Shown piece by piece: positions 1-13,081 of a stretch of DNA of 64,000 nucleotides. A program made the translations under genes and the position numbers. The notes below the pieces were generated by a model. It was not told the origin of the DNA. It did not search any database and saw nothing but the letters and a program-made list of their open reading frames with translations. Source of the DNA: Amphiscolops sp. MND2022 (lineage: Eukaryota); the NCBI GenBank assembly GCA_964187785.1, contig OZ076409.1:35404001-35468000 (forward strand), read 5' to 3'. Every line of letters begins with the position of its first letter. Within the stretch, counting starts at the first letter, position 1.

Positions 1-470
1 TTAGTTGTGAAAAAAACGTTAATTTTAGATACAGCTTCGCTGGCGTTTTTCGTGATTTGCCTTGAAAATATGTTATTTTTTAATAATTTTTTTTATTACG
101 GTAAAAAAAACGTTAATTTTAGATGATTTGCCTAGAAAACATGTTATTTTTTAACAGTTTATTTTTTATTTTGTTAGTTTTTTAGTTGCGAAAAACAGTT
201 AATTTTCTAATGATTTACCTTGAAAATGTTATTTTTTAACATTTTTTTATTACGGTAAAAAAAAACGTTAATTTTAGATGGTTTGCCTTGAAAATATGTT
301 ATTTTTTAACATTTTGTTTTGTTATGCCATATATCAGGAAGTTTTAATGATTTACCTTGAAAATATGTTATTTTTTAACATTTAGTATAAAAAAAGTTAA
401 TTTTAGATGATTTATCTTGAAAATATGTTTTTTTAACAATTTTTTTTGTTGTGCCATATATCGGGAAATA
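1..470. repeat. Degenerate AT-rich tandem repeat
   Basis: Recurrent unit aaaaaacgttaattttagatgatttgccttgaaaatatgttatttttaaca, several diverged copies; runs off the window start. Confidence 0.75.
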
Positions 471-954
471 GCCTACTACTTATATCGAACAACTTTAATT
501 TGGTTTTTAAAAAAAAAAGAAAAAAGGAATTGTCTTGCGACGCGCAGGTGAACAAAGAAGATTAGTACAGGAAGAACGTAGCAAAGGAATACTGGAAAGA
601 AAGACGAAACAATCGTTCCAGTTTTAGAACCAGTGAGTTGCATTAGTTGATGTATTTCATAATACGTATATGTAGGACGGGCAGTCGAGTACTTTGAACT
701 AACACAGAAGTCTACAGAGAGTCAGGTCTAATAAAGAACAACTTGAATTAAAAAAAATCATATGCCGGTGTGAGCTGGTATATGAATCGAATGGAATGAA
801 ATACCACTGGTAAATACTGGTTAATACCACAGACGCGAGTATATACGTCTAATACCTTGACTACAATATTAGAGGTAATGGATGTGAATAGAAGGTTAAG
901 ATGAGAGTCATATCCACCCCTAGAGTGAGTGCATTACAGTTCCAACAGTGGGTA

Positions 955-1990
955 TTTGGAATTTTTGCAGTAGATTTCGCTAGTAAGCAGTTTTAGAAAG
1001 CGTGCAGTGTTATCCACTGACAAATGCTGTTACGTTGCAGTCGATTCCACTTTGCCGGCGATTTCTCCGCAGTGAAATTCGCTGCAATGCATTGGATTTC
1101 ACTATGAAATACCTTAAACATTCGGATCTTGCAGTGGATTCCAGTAAACACTGCCGTGGATTCCACTGAACGCTGCAGTGGACTCCACCGATGGCCGCAG
1201 TGGAATCCACTATTGGCTGTAGTGGTCTCCACTGCAGTGTTTCAGTGGATTTCACTGAATTCTTTCAATACCAACCTACAAACGTTATCAACCATCGTAA
1301 AGAAATGGAGTTCATGTACTTCAGTGCCTAAAAAGTCTTCCTTCACGGGTTCAGTTTTGAGAATGAGAAACATTTTCAGAATCAGCAAATGTCACAAAAA
1401 GAAGGATTCAGAATTTCTTCATTTGGTTTAATATTATTCCAAAAGAGTTTTTGTCAATCAATTTATACAGATACTCGCACTGCTTCACCACTTTACTTTG
1501 ATTGTTTTTTTTCCATTATTTGATTGAATCACAGTTGGCATCAAAATTTCACACACAGCTCTTGCTAGTTACTTAGTTATACACATATACCTAGTTACTT
1601 TATTTCGCTGAAACTTGCAGTGGATTCCACTTCAGCTTACAGTGGATTCCACTCTGGCTTACAGTCAATTCCACTCGTTGTGCAGTCAATTCCACAAGTT
1701 GAAAAGTGAAATCGACTGTACCCAAAAGTGGAATTGGCTGCAAGCCAAAGCGGAATCCACTGTAAGATGAGGTGGAATCTACTGCAAGTATCAGCGAATT
1801 TCGCTGAAAGTTGGAATAAGCTGACGCGATCGGTTCAATTCAGCTGGCAGTGAAAGCAGTAGATTTCGGTGCAGGCATTTTTGTATATTAGCTAGATATG
1901 TTAGTGGAATCCAAAACAGGCTACAAGGGAATCCATTCAAAATCAGTGAAATACATACATAACATTACGTCAATGGATTTCGGTGACTTA
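955..1990. repeat. Cluster of short palindromic repeats (TGCAGTGGATTCCACT), probably DNA-transposon subterminal repeats
   Basis: Many cagtggattccact/agtggaatccactg variants at 1000-1260 and 1605-1810; termini not identified. The overlapping short ORFs are repeat artefacts. Confidence 0.6.
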
Positions 1991-3449
1991 ATAGCACAAA
2001 AGTGTGCTAACCCACTTTTGGCACTGTGATGTGGCTTGTGAATTGACGTGGATTAAGTTAAAGAAACGTTCATGGTAGAAACATTTGTTCATCCTGAACA
2101 TTGCAAGCTTAAGTTGGACGCAAGTTTCGAGGCTCAAGCATTGCGGAATGCCATTATGCTGCACTTCGATTTTTACTCCTTTTTCATCTTCGCCACATTC
2201 GTGACACTGACTTTCCAAATGAGAGCTTGTTTCTCAAAACCAAAATTTCGCTGTAAATTTCGGCAATCACTGAGCCTGTTTCGAACTTTGTGCTCAAAAA
2301 TAGTGCAGCTTCAACGATTTGGTTGCCACGACAAAAATGAACAAGCTGGAACCGGCTCAAATCGACGGCCCGCTCGAGTTACTTGAAAATACAAAGGACA
2401 CTCGTTTCAAACTTTTATCATTTTCTCAGTGCTGAAAAACATCCCAAAGAATACGTATTCGGAAACGTCTTGTAGTACCATAGTGCTGAAAAAGGAACTT
2501 TCAACTGGAAAAATCACCTTTTTCTAAGCCGAACTCCTTTATGAAAGCAGCAGGGTACCCTTTGACACGAAGAGATGCAAAACGTTTCAACAGAGTATCA
2601 TAAAGTTTTGAGAATAGAACAGGTGTTTGCTTAAGTTGAAAAAAATAACGCCTGACAATACCAAAAATATCCAAAGGAGGACTCTTTGGTTCCAAATGAT
2701 TTTATATCAACACCAAATATCCTCAAAATTAAATGGAGGACCTTTTCTTAACCTCAAAACATTCTCCAAGAAAAGTTATTCCGTTATATCCGAAATTAGT
2801 TGAATCTGGTTTGCGTTAAATCTGATATGGGTTGTGTTGTAGTCGAAGAGGACTCCTTAGCACTTTTTACAGCTCGAATGTAGTATGTAGGTTGCCAAAA
2901 GAGACATTGCCGAAACTGAAGAACTTTTGGTAAAACTATGTTGGACCGTTCAGGCGTATCAAAAAACTGACAAAAAGCAATGACTGCAGTCGACTCTTTC
3001 CTTAAGAAAAGCGCCGACTAAAAATAATTCAAATTTGATGTTTGTTCGCATATTCTTTGCGTAATTAACAGTAGTAAAGACAGTGCAGTCCGTTAGATTA
3101 AACTGTGAAAAGTTCAAGTTTTTAAAGTCAATCAGAAGATCTAGTCGGACATATATTTACCAAAAGAGATTCACGAGGAAAATTTATATAAACGTTTGAA
3201 ATGCGATTCCATTATCGCTTCTACTTTTGATCTCAATATGTCCTAAAATCGTTAGAAAATCTGCTGACGAAATCAGAGATAATTGATCGTATCTTTGTCA
3301 GGCACATTCCAGTGTTCGATACACATAGCGTTCGGTAGGGTCTAACACGAAAAATATAGAAGAACAAAAAACCGAAATCCTTAGTTTTACGATGAGTGCC
3401 GAACGGAACGACCAGTATATAGTAGAAAATATACAAAATCAACACTAGA

Positions 3450-5350
3450 AGGCAATAACGAAGATCGCAAGGTCGCCTTAAGGTACATTAAAAACTTTCT
3501 GGTGAAAAAGAAGGTGGCGGCTTCAGAAAAAGTCACTCCAGCACTTAGAAACATGAAAGTGAAAGATCCTAAAGGCTACCGGACATTACTGAAAAGCTTC
3601 AGCCGAAACAAAGAAAAGATACCGATTGAAAAAAGTATTTCTTTGGAACATTTTAAGAAGCTCAACAGTGTCTCGGCCAAAAGCCATATTGATTGTAACA
3701 TATCGTGTGGAGTTATTGATATCCAAATTAAATGAAACTAATTCGCTCGATGAAGTGAGGTGTAGTCTGAGGAAATTTCGTAATGGAACATCAGCTGGTC
3801 AAGAGTTCCTTAAGTATGCCCACAAGTCTATCGTGAACCTTCTAACACTTTTTGCAAAAAGGTTCTAAAAAGTGGCGTTGTTCCTGATGACTGGGCCCTT
3901 TAATCCGAATAACTATAGGAAAATTTCATATGACTAAAGCGATATGTTCAACACCAGTAGTCTGTAGAAGGTATTCAGGTCTCTCATTATCAACCGATAT
4001 CAACGCAAACTGCAAAATAAGCAGCTTCTTGGCCAAGAGCAAGCAGAACTTAGGGAACATGAAGAGTGTTTTGACCACGCTTTTGTACTACACACAATAA
4101 TATCGACGAATAAAAAGGAGTATTTGTAACATTTGTTGATTATGTGAAACCCTCCGATCATGTGGAACACACTTTGCTGTGGGAAAAATTTGGACAATAT
4201 GATAATAATAATAGTAAAGTTTTATCTGTGATTAGACATTCATATCAGAAGACTAATTAATAATAAAATGTGCATTAAAATGGGCAAAACCAAAATATGA
4301 TCTTTTCTCGTGGTAACGTTAGCAAAACTGGATCGATCACATCTCATGGCCTGTCGATCGAGAGAGTTGACGTGCTTTGTTACCTGGGAAGAGTCTTAAG
4401 GTATAACAATACTATTCAGTCTGCGATGACACATTGATAAAGCTAGGGAAGCTTTCTTCAAAATAGAAATATTGCTTAGTTAATTTGATCTTAAGATCGA
4501 AACACGTCTGATTTTGTTAGTTTCAGAAATATCACCAATTCTTTTAAGTAGATGCGCCTTTTGGAAGACCAACGCTCTGGTTTATGTTGAACTCCGTAGG
4601 CATGGAAAGAACTTTACTGTCTGGAAGCAAATTGTCACTTTTTTGAAAAAGTGATCAAATCAAGTAATAAGTTATCGTGTGTTATGTGCCTTTATCAATC
4701 GAAAAAAACTTATAAATTGCAGGGTACCGATGACTTAAGAGAATCCATGTTTCGTCTCTGTTTACAAATTCAACAGGTTTTTTAAAAGAAAATGTGAAAA
4801 TCTAGCTTTTCAATCATGGCAAATGATGCTTCAAGAGAACTCAGTATGTAGAAATTACCGCCTATATAAGCATCGACTAGAATCGGAGCGATATCTGAAA
4901 GTAATTAGAGGGCCTGAATGAGTGAAATTAACCAATTTTAGGTAATCGCCTGCTGCTTTACCAACTGGTAAAATGGTGTTATGAAAATCACTGATAGAAA
5001 CTTGTCCCCTATATGGGTTCTATAAGGTTCAGGACGAAAACCATCTGTTATTGAACTGTAAGTTTGTCAGCGCTAAACGCCAAGAGCTTTTGCCAATTTA
5101 TTACTTTACTCACCCTAATTTAATATAGTCTGACCATCCGATGACTATAGTTTAAATGTATTGGACAAGTTTTGACATGTTCATCGGAAGAGTTCCTTTA
5201 GACCTATACGTCTAAAGGAACTCTTCCGATGAACATGTCGAAACTTGTCCAATACATTTAAACTGTTGCACCAGTATTGTATTAATGAAAGTTTGTAACC
5301 TGCTGTTTGTACGCCTTGGGGCAAAATTTTAATGAACTCTCTCTAACTCT
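3450..5350 (+). mobile_element. Decayed non-LTR retrotransposon (LINE ORF2 fossil)
   Basis: Broken frames give RT-flank motifs: EVRCSLRKFRNGTSAG..EFLKY, SGVVPDDW, EQAELR, DHAFVLHTII. A C-terminal DENHLLLNC lies near 5035; many stops and frameshifts. Confidence 0.7.
5149..5264. repeat. Near-perfect hairpin, 55-bp arms, 6-nt loop
   Basis: 5149-5203 is the reverse complement of 5210-5264 with one mismatch; loop ctatac. Confidence 0.95.
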
Positions 5351-6605
5351 CTCATAGTTTAATATTCAACGTCTCTTCAGAACCTTAAGCACCATCTCGT
5401 ATAAATCCAGAGCTTTAGTTATGTTATGAGAAAACGTTTGCCGATAATCAAACGGTTCAGTTTTCTTGAGCAAAAAGTTTAAAGTAACTTTTTCTTGAAG
5501 CGTCAATAAAGTAATTGATTAGTCCCGGCTTTTCAATAACTCCAGGCTTTGATTCAGGACTGTCTCTTTTTTCCTGAGGTTACAGGCAAAGTGCCAGCAA
5601 TTATCACTTTTTGCTCGAAGAATTTTAGCACAGTATTTTTTCAACTAAATTTTGCTGTGATTTGACGAAGTGATGCCTTAGGCAATAACTTCTTGAATCG
5701 TTTACCGCCACTTTAACCTCGGTTGTTTGTAGTGTGTAAAAAGAACATTTACCTTCTTTTCAAATGAATTGAGACAACAAAAGGAAGTACCGAATCCACG
5801 TGCAACTGAAGTTTCTCATCAAAATGAGAATGGGACATGCGAGGAAGTTTGTTAATAGGTTTTTAAAACTGTTTCGTAGATTCGTTAATGTTGAAACTTC
5901 ATCATGCAATGATTATGTAATGCATAAAAGTTAACTTCTCACAACGAGAACGATTCTTACAGAAAAAATCAGCCCTTTTTGAGTTTTTTCATCGTGTTTT
6001 CTTCTTTCCGTGGATATAGACGCTCAAAATGGTAGCGCAGCAACTCTCACATGTAAAGTGTACAGATAATTGAACTGAAGAAGTCTTGGAACAAACATCA
6101 ACAGCCGAGAAAGGTTCTTTTACTATGCGGTTAGAAAAATCTATCATTCATATATCAGAACATGTCTCAAAATTTGTCGTCTAAAAATGTCATAGTCGGA
6201 TAGATTGACATTTGTAAATCATCCGTAAAAATATTTTGTAATTTACACTGATCGAAAACAACTAGTTCAAAGTTGAATGATATCATCGTGGGAGTTGGAC
6301 GTCATTAACGTCGACACGCTTGACGATGTGTTTAATTGTCAAGTTGATCTTTAACTTTTTACCTGTGTTTCCTTCTGCGCACATTGGGACAACCAATGAA
6401 CCCTATAGATTGAATACCTCATTCGTTTTGACATTACAACAGCTTAAATGGCGTTGACCATTGACAGATGTACAGATATGAATGGTTTGGCACCAAACGA
6501 GCATGGAGAAAAAACTTCTTGATTTTCAGTTGTAAACTATCCACCGCTTGTCAAACTACAAACTGAAAGTATCAGATTGTTCACTTCTGCAAAAATAATG
6601 AGAGT

Positions 6606-9600
6606 ATGAGCAACCAAGACGGCGTAAGTATTTTGTGGAAAAAACTGGGTTATTCAGTTTCGTCATGGGGACGACAGCTTACATTGTTAAGCGATATCTG
6701 GGGTCTGGTTTTGCCTGGAGAAACACTGGCTATCGTGGGTCCATCCGGAAGTGGGAAAACAACCTTGCTGAACATTCTGGCGGACAAAGTGTCCAGTGGG
6801 AAATTAGAGGGCGAGGTATTGATCAACGGAAAGCCAAGAAAACAGGTGGGTTTTTGCCAGTATTTGCTTTTCTAGAAATGAACTATCTGGGCAACCATAT
6901 TTTGAGTCAAATTATAGGATCTCATGAACGGCAGCCTTGCAAAGTTTTAGTCAGTATGATTACTACGTTAAGTTGCAGCACATTACTTATATCGTTGTTT
7001 CAGAGTTTTAGAGGCAACGGAGCCTATGTGTGCCAAGAGAACCAGTTCATGGAAGTTTTCACAGTCCGGGAAACGCTCGACTTCCAGGCAAGTTTGGCGC
7101 AGCCTTCTTTGGACTCTTCGGAAAAGGAGCAATTAGTGCAGAAGTTTTTGGAGGACATGGGGCTTGTTTCGTGCCAAGATACTTTGATCGGAAATGTTGA
7201 CCTGGGTATCCGCGGGATCTCATCTGGACAGAACAAACGATTGGCCCTTGCCATGGCTCTCATTTCCAACCCTAATATCATTCTGTTGGACGAACCGACA
7301 TCCAAAGTTGACAGTTCTGGAGCCTTGCATGTCATGAAAACTCTCAAGAGCCAAGCTGAAGAAAAACGTTAGCTTTTTAATACATGCTAGAGGCAGAAAA
7401 GTAGGGCATTTTTGGAGACATGGGTAAGAAATTGATATCACGAAAGTGATTTGAGAAACAATTGGTATTAAGGAAGTTGATGATTTTTTTATTTTATGAA
7501 TTCTCGCTTTTTTTAGGAGTCTCTCATCATGGAAGTTGCCTAGAAATCATGTTTTCCCAGCATCTGGATCAGAGTCTGATGATTGAAAACCGCGTTTTCT
7601 TAACGATTATTAGCACTGCATTAAAAGAGGCATGAATTTTAACTTATAACATTTAAAACCGTTTTTGAGACTCATTCGGTATTTTCAAAAACATTCAGTT
7701 TGGAGTCAACAACGATTTTTGTTTTGAAATAAAATCGGGTCCTGATTATTCGGACAGCGAACATCCTTTTTTCTTTTCTCTTTGTTTTTGTTACTTTTCA
7801 ATCACTTGCTTTTACTAATACAGTACTGTGATTAAGAAAACGTCAACGGGAGCGATTTTAGGCTCCATTTTCTCGAAATCTGTTGACAGAAATAAACAAA
7901 AGATCAGAAATAAAGGTTTTTTTCAGAATTTCATCTAGTTTATATTAGTGTTTTTAAAGCTTTTCTGAACAAAAATAGAGAAAGTTACAAATAGGTGATT
8001 TTGAGCAAATTTTGGGCTTTTTTCCGTTTTTCCTATTTTTGACCGGGTTATCCATAGTTTGATTGGTATGATTTGTGCTCAATTAATTACCACAAATCTA
8101 CTGAAACCATGGATGTATATTTATTTCAAAAATAACCATCAATTTTCGGAAAATCATGTTTGAAAAGTAAATATTTGTCTATTTACATGTACAGAGATAG
8201 GAAATGAACGTTTCGCGGTGAAAAAGTGCGATTAGTTTTTCATTTCGAATGTTTTTAAAACAAAAAATATATCATTGATTTGTAGACAATCTGCAGAAAC
8301 CTATGACTTTGAAATTTTTTGAAAAATTTTCCAAAACATTGCCTAAAACAGGGAAAATAGCAGAAGTGTTCTTTCTGCACCTGAGATTTCACTTGATGCG
8401 CCAATCAGAACAGAAAGTGGGAGCAAATGATCTCTAATTGGTTGATAACGATGCTCAACGCATAGGGGGACGATTTCTTAATCACTGTACTGTATTCGGT
8501 ATAGAACTACCTACCGTTCGCTACCTCTAATTTCTGAGTTTCTGTTGGTTACATTACACCTAAGAATGGAAACTTTCAATACGCGTCATCCATACGCGGT
8601 AAACAACTACCGTTCGCAACGGTATAAGTCCTTCAAATTTCATTGAATCCGAGGTTAGGTTGGTTGTATAGCACCCATGAACAGAAACTTTCAATACGCG
8701 GTATTGGTGAAAAAACTCAAATAAATTGTTATATACTTGCCTTGTATTTTTACTGGTATTAATTTTGTATTGAGTCGTTTTTACCGAACATTTTAGTAAA
8801 ACATTTAGAATGTGAATTGAACTGAGGTTAAAACAAATTCTTTTCAAGTCGCTCTAGGACACATTGAGTTTTCTGTTCGAACTTCCAGTTTTGTGCAGAT
8901 TTTCTTTCTCTCTGAGTTTTGTTCAACTTTATCCAGACAGAACAGTCGTCTTCAGCATTCACCAGCCATCCTCTGAAGTGTTCTTCTTATTCGACAAACG
9001 TCTACTACTCTCTGAATGAAGAATCGCTACAAACCACGTTGTTCCCTGCATCAAAATAAGTGGACGATTACCATTCCATCACCTGAGTCAAAGCGTAATT
9101 TTCGCTGATTTTTTGTTATTCTAAAAGAATGCCTTCCAAGAGGGCCTAATTTTAATTTGAATCGTTTCCAATCATTTTGGGAGACTAATTTGGTATTTTC
9201 AAGACCATTCAGTTTTGCAGTTTACAAAGTAGTTTGGTTTGAATTTATATCGTTTTTGATTATTCGGAGAACATACATCTTTTTCTCTCTTTCCTTGTTT
9301 TTTTTCTTACTCATTTGGTTTTTTGCCATATGTGCAGATTTTCATTCTCTGAGTTTCCTTCAACCATTTCTAGACAAAACAGTCGTCTTCAGCATTCATC
9401 AGCCATCGTCTGAAGTGTTCGTCTTGTTCGACAAACTTCTACTACTCTCTGAAGGAAGAATGGCTTTCTTCGGCAAAGCTAGTGAAGCTTCAGCGTACTT
9501 CCAGAAGCACAGTGGCAGCTTCACTCGGTATTCTAACCCTGCTGATCAAATGTTGCTCCTCGTCAACTCGGATTTCATTGGCCACGAAAGCGTTCGGGCT

Positions 9601-10632
9601 ATATTGGATAGCTATGATGAAAGCGCTGAGAAGCAAAGTTTGACAGATTCGGTTGAAAGTCTGGAAGAAGAAGACTACCCCACGGTCCATGAAAAAGCTT
9701 CTTTTTTGCAACAGTTTGCAACACAAACAATTCGACTTTTCAAATACGTTACAAGGAGTCCTCAACAGTTTCCTTCTTACTTATTTGGCTTGATAGCTGG
9801 TACCTTTCTATATTGGTCTCTGCTTACAAAATACGACAACAAATATGACATGCCGTTGACTATTCTCATAAATTTCTTGTTCTTCATAATGATGAATTCA
9901 GGAAGCCTCACAATGGCGATTGCAATACTGCACAGAGAGAGCATTCAACCGACGTTTCTCAGAGAGAGGTTCAGTGGTTTGATAGATTGCCTTCCCTTCT
10001 GCTTGGCTATGTTTGTAGTTCACGCTCCGGCTGAGCTGTTAGGTGCATTCCTTGTAGCTTTTATGGAGTACTACCTTCTGGAAATCAACAACGTCATCTG
10101 GTTTGGTGTCATTCTAGCCGGAGCCATGATTAGTCTGGGATCAGGGATGCTAAAGATGAATGTTACACAACCAACGTCAATTACCACTTTTGACATGCAT
10201 TGCAAAAAAAACAACAACTTGAGTCTTTGCTAATGATACAACAAAAAACATTTTCGAACATATGTTTTTCGATTGAGAAGTCCTCTTTTTGAAAAATCTG
10301 ACATATAATATAACGTAGTTGTTGAAAAACGATAATCTTTAACATCCCCGCCTCGGCACAGCATTCAGATGCCTACCTTTCATAACCACGAACCAGACAT
10401 CAATGATCTGTCTGTATCTTGTCGCTTTCTCAATCCAGATGTTCTCGTCTGGCTTCGTGATAAATGTCTCCGAACTTAAATTTCCCTACAAACAGTTGAG
10501 TGAGGTGAGCCTGTACAAGTACATCATGAAAGGTTTGCTCTATACAGAGTTCGCGGGGGAGAGACAGAACGAGACGGTTGACAGGAATGTTACTGCGTAC
10601 CTGGAATTTCACGAATGCCTAGATGAGGATAG
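6606..10632 (+). CDS. ABCG/White-family ABC half transporter (NBD-TMD), spliced; possibly pseudogenised, last exon unresolved
   Basis: Exons 6606-6845, 7004-7367, 9374-~10144 and 10362-10632, with matching phases (0,1,1). Walker A GPSGSGKTT, Q-loop YVCQE, signature ISSGQ, Walker B IILLDEPT, H-loop SIHQP, then a hydrophobic TMD with FLRER and SGF..N..E motifs. Confidence 0.85.
7821..8492. mobile_element. Tc1/mariner-type MITE in ABCG intron 2
   Basis: ~24-bp TIR cagtac(t/a)gtgattaagaaa(a/t)cgtc, flanked by TA on both sides (7819-20, 8493-94). Confidence 0.85.
8892..9028 (+). pseudogene. Duplicated copy of the ABCG exon-3 acceptor and 5' part, with an in-frame stop
   Basis: Homologous to ~9331-9465; CAG acceptor at 8934-36; reads RTVVFSIHQPSSEVFFLFDKRLLLSE, then TGA at 9017-19 where the real exon has GGA. 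Confidence 0.9.
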
Positions 10633-10738
10633 GTTGGTCAGGGTGTCATGTTTTTCAGACAGAAGTGAATTATATGGAAAAATCTGCGAAAGCTGTGATT
10701 GATGGAAATTAATCCAAAAAAAAACTATAATTAAGGTA

Positions 10739-10990
10739 CCCCAGTCGAACTCCCATACATTTCTTGCAAGAATCTTGCAGAAGTGGTACATTTCAGACAC
10801 TATCTGCAAGAATCTTGCAAGAATCTTGGATTTCAGACAAACCTGTCAGATTCTTGCAGATCAGACATTTCTTGCAGATTGAGACGTTTCTTGCAAGATT
10901 CTTGCAGGTCAAGACATTTCTTGCAAGATTCTTGGACGGATCTTGCAAGACAATGTCTGAAACTTGAAAGATATTCTGCAAGAAAATGTC
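10739..10990 (+). mobile_element. End of a CCC-terminated non-autonomous DNA transposon with CTTGCAAG subterminal repeats
   Basis: ccccagtcgaactcccatacatttcttgcaag is the reverse complement of the end at ~48332-48362; followed by an array of tcttgcaaga. Confidence 0.7.
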
Positions 10991-11504
10991 TGGAATGTAC
11001 GGGAAACAACAAGGCTTTTTTCCAATTTTAAACCAGGAATATCTTCAAATTGAATGTAAATGTCTCTTATATGTAGTCGCGCGGACTTAAATGTGACCAA
11101 GAATTTTAAACCAAGCAAGAATTTTGAACCAAGAACCAAGCCATCTTGGAAGAAGTTATGCGACGCGTGCCGTTAACTACCCTCAAGCGCGCTGTTAATT
11201 ACCCTCTTGAGTCGAGTCAACTTGTTGACAACAGTTCGAGAGTCTCTTGGAGTGAGTGATGATGAAGAATAAACAAGCCATTTTCAAAGGAAGCCGACAA
11301 CCAATGGAATTCCATTCAGGAAAGTTTACGCCGACTTAGGACAATTAACCGGGGTTTTAGCCGCTAAATTGATGTAAATGTCTCGTATATGGAGTCGCAC
11401 GGACTTAACTGTGACTGAAGATGTTGAAACATGATTTGTTCATTTCAGAACTACCGCGTTTGGGTGCTGTTCGTTTGACACGATGGTGACCTAGGTAGGA
11501 CCTA

Positions 11505-11905
11505 GCTAGGACAGCCGTCTGAACCGTGCCCTAACTTGCGAGGATCTTGATGAAGGAGCTACTCAAGTGTACATGTACAGTGAGATGAAACATACGTCAG
11601 TTCATCCAGAAATTGTACAGGTGTAAACAATTTCTGCTACTGCTTCCTATACAACAGGTGCAGCCCAGAAGGTAGTCTTATTCTTTTTGAAGTTTGGACA
11701 TTCGGTCCACTTGACAGCAACAACAAACTTGAATCACATATGTCGAAAGAAATCTTAATCGTTGAATAAGTGTACAAATTTATATTTATTTTTATCTATA
11801 TTTGTATTGCTGATGCTGTAAAAAGTTTTCATTTGGAATTTTCAGACTCTTTTTTTAATTTACTTTCAACATTCAAGCATTTCCTTCCAAGTTAATTCCA
11901 AGATC
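11505..11905 (+). repeat. Dispersed ~400-bp repeat, second copy at ~47608-48045
   Basis: Shared ccgtgccctaacttgcgaggatcttgatgaaggagctactcaa...gaagtttggacattcggtccacttgacagcaacaacaaacttgaatcacatatgtcgaa. Confidence 0.9.
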
Positions 11906-13081
11906 AAAAGTGAAATAAAATTGGTTTGCCGAAGGTCAAGGAAACTAGATGAAATCAAGGTGCTTTCCCATCTGCAAAATAGTTTAAGAGAGGTTGAAAA
12001 CGGGTTTTAGTTCATCGGATTCCGCAAATTGTAAAGATTTCAATGTATTTTTTGTTTCGAAAACACTCTAACTTAAAAAATGATCGCTTTTGTACACCAC
12101 GAAAAGTTCATTACCTATTTTAATACATGTATTTTTCAATTTCGGCAAGTAAATGGAAATCCAAATGTAAATATATGTAAAAACCATATACGTCACAGAA
12201 AATTTGATAATAATAAGTCACAGAAAAGAATGAATGAAACGGAAATGCCGAGTACGGCTACTTTCCCATAGGCCGTTCTGTCAATCAATTGAACTCGTCA
12301 GAACTAACGACACTTTTTATTGGCTCATATTATCAAAATCCCCACTCGGCCAATCAGAAGCGTTGTTAGTTAAGAGTTATTAGAATGTACAAATCAGTAG
12401 TTAGTGGTAACGGTGAAAAAAATCCAAACAAATGAGGCTAAGAGACAAGTGAGCGAAACTACAGTAAAAGGTATACTATTGGACAACATATTCAAAATAA
12501 AAATCTAGTTGAAAGCTGTGAGAAATCAACTTTCACGGCGAAAGAATGACAAGCAGAAAATGATTCCGTTAATCTTACGGAAAATTCCAATTTAGATTGC
12601 TGAAAATATTTAAGCTTTGGACCATGTCATCTATTCCCCCCGGTACATTTTGTTAGGAATTCCTCGCCCCCAACACGAAACCACATTTTCGTCTTGAATA
12701 ATTGTCTCTACGACTGTTTGGACACTTCAGGCAAAACAATTGCCATAAAGTTTTAATATTATTGTCCAAAATAGCAAAAATGCACGCTTGGAACAAGCTA
12801 GAATGGTCTAAAAAGGTTGAGTCCAGAAATAACAATTGAATTTACATGTTTCGTAACATTGTATTAATTTGCACAAACTAGGTATACCGTAAAAAAACTA
12901 GGTATACTGTATATATTTACATGTTAGGAACTAGCAACAAAACTTGATTATAATAAAAATATATAACCAGTTAAAAATTACCAGTTAGTACAAATGTTGG
13001 TAACTTAAAAGTAGAAAAAGAGCACCTTTCAGAGAGCACTGCAGTTATTTTAAAAGTCCAGTGGCGAACTTGTGTATGCCT

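Noticed and set aside
5220..5250. Hammerhead-like core ccgatga..cgaaac
   Set aside because: CUGAUGA reads CCGAUGA, and no convincing stems I/III or NUH site were found.
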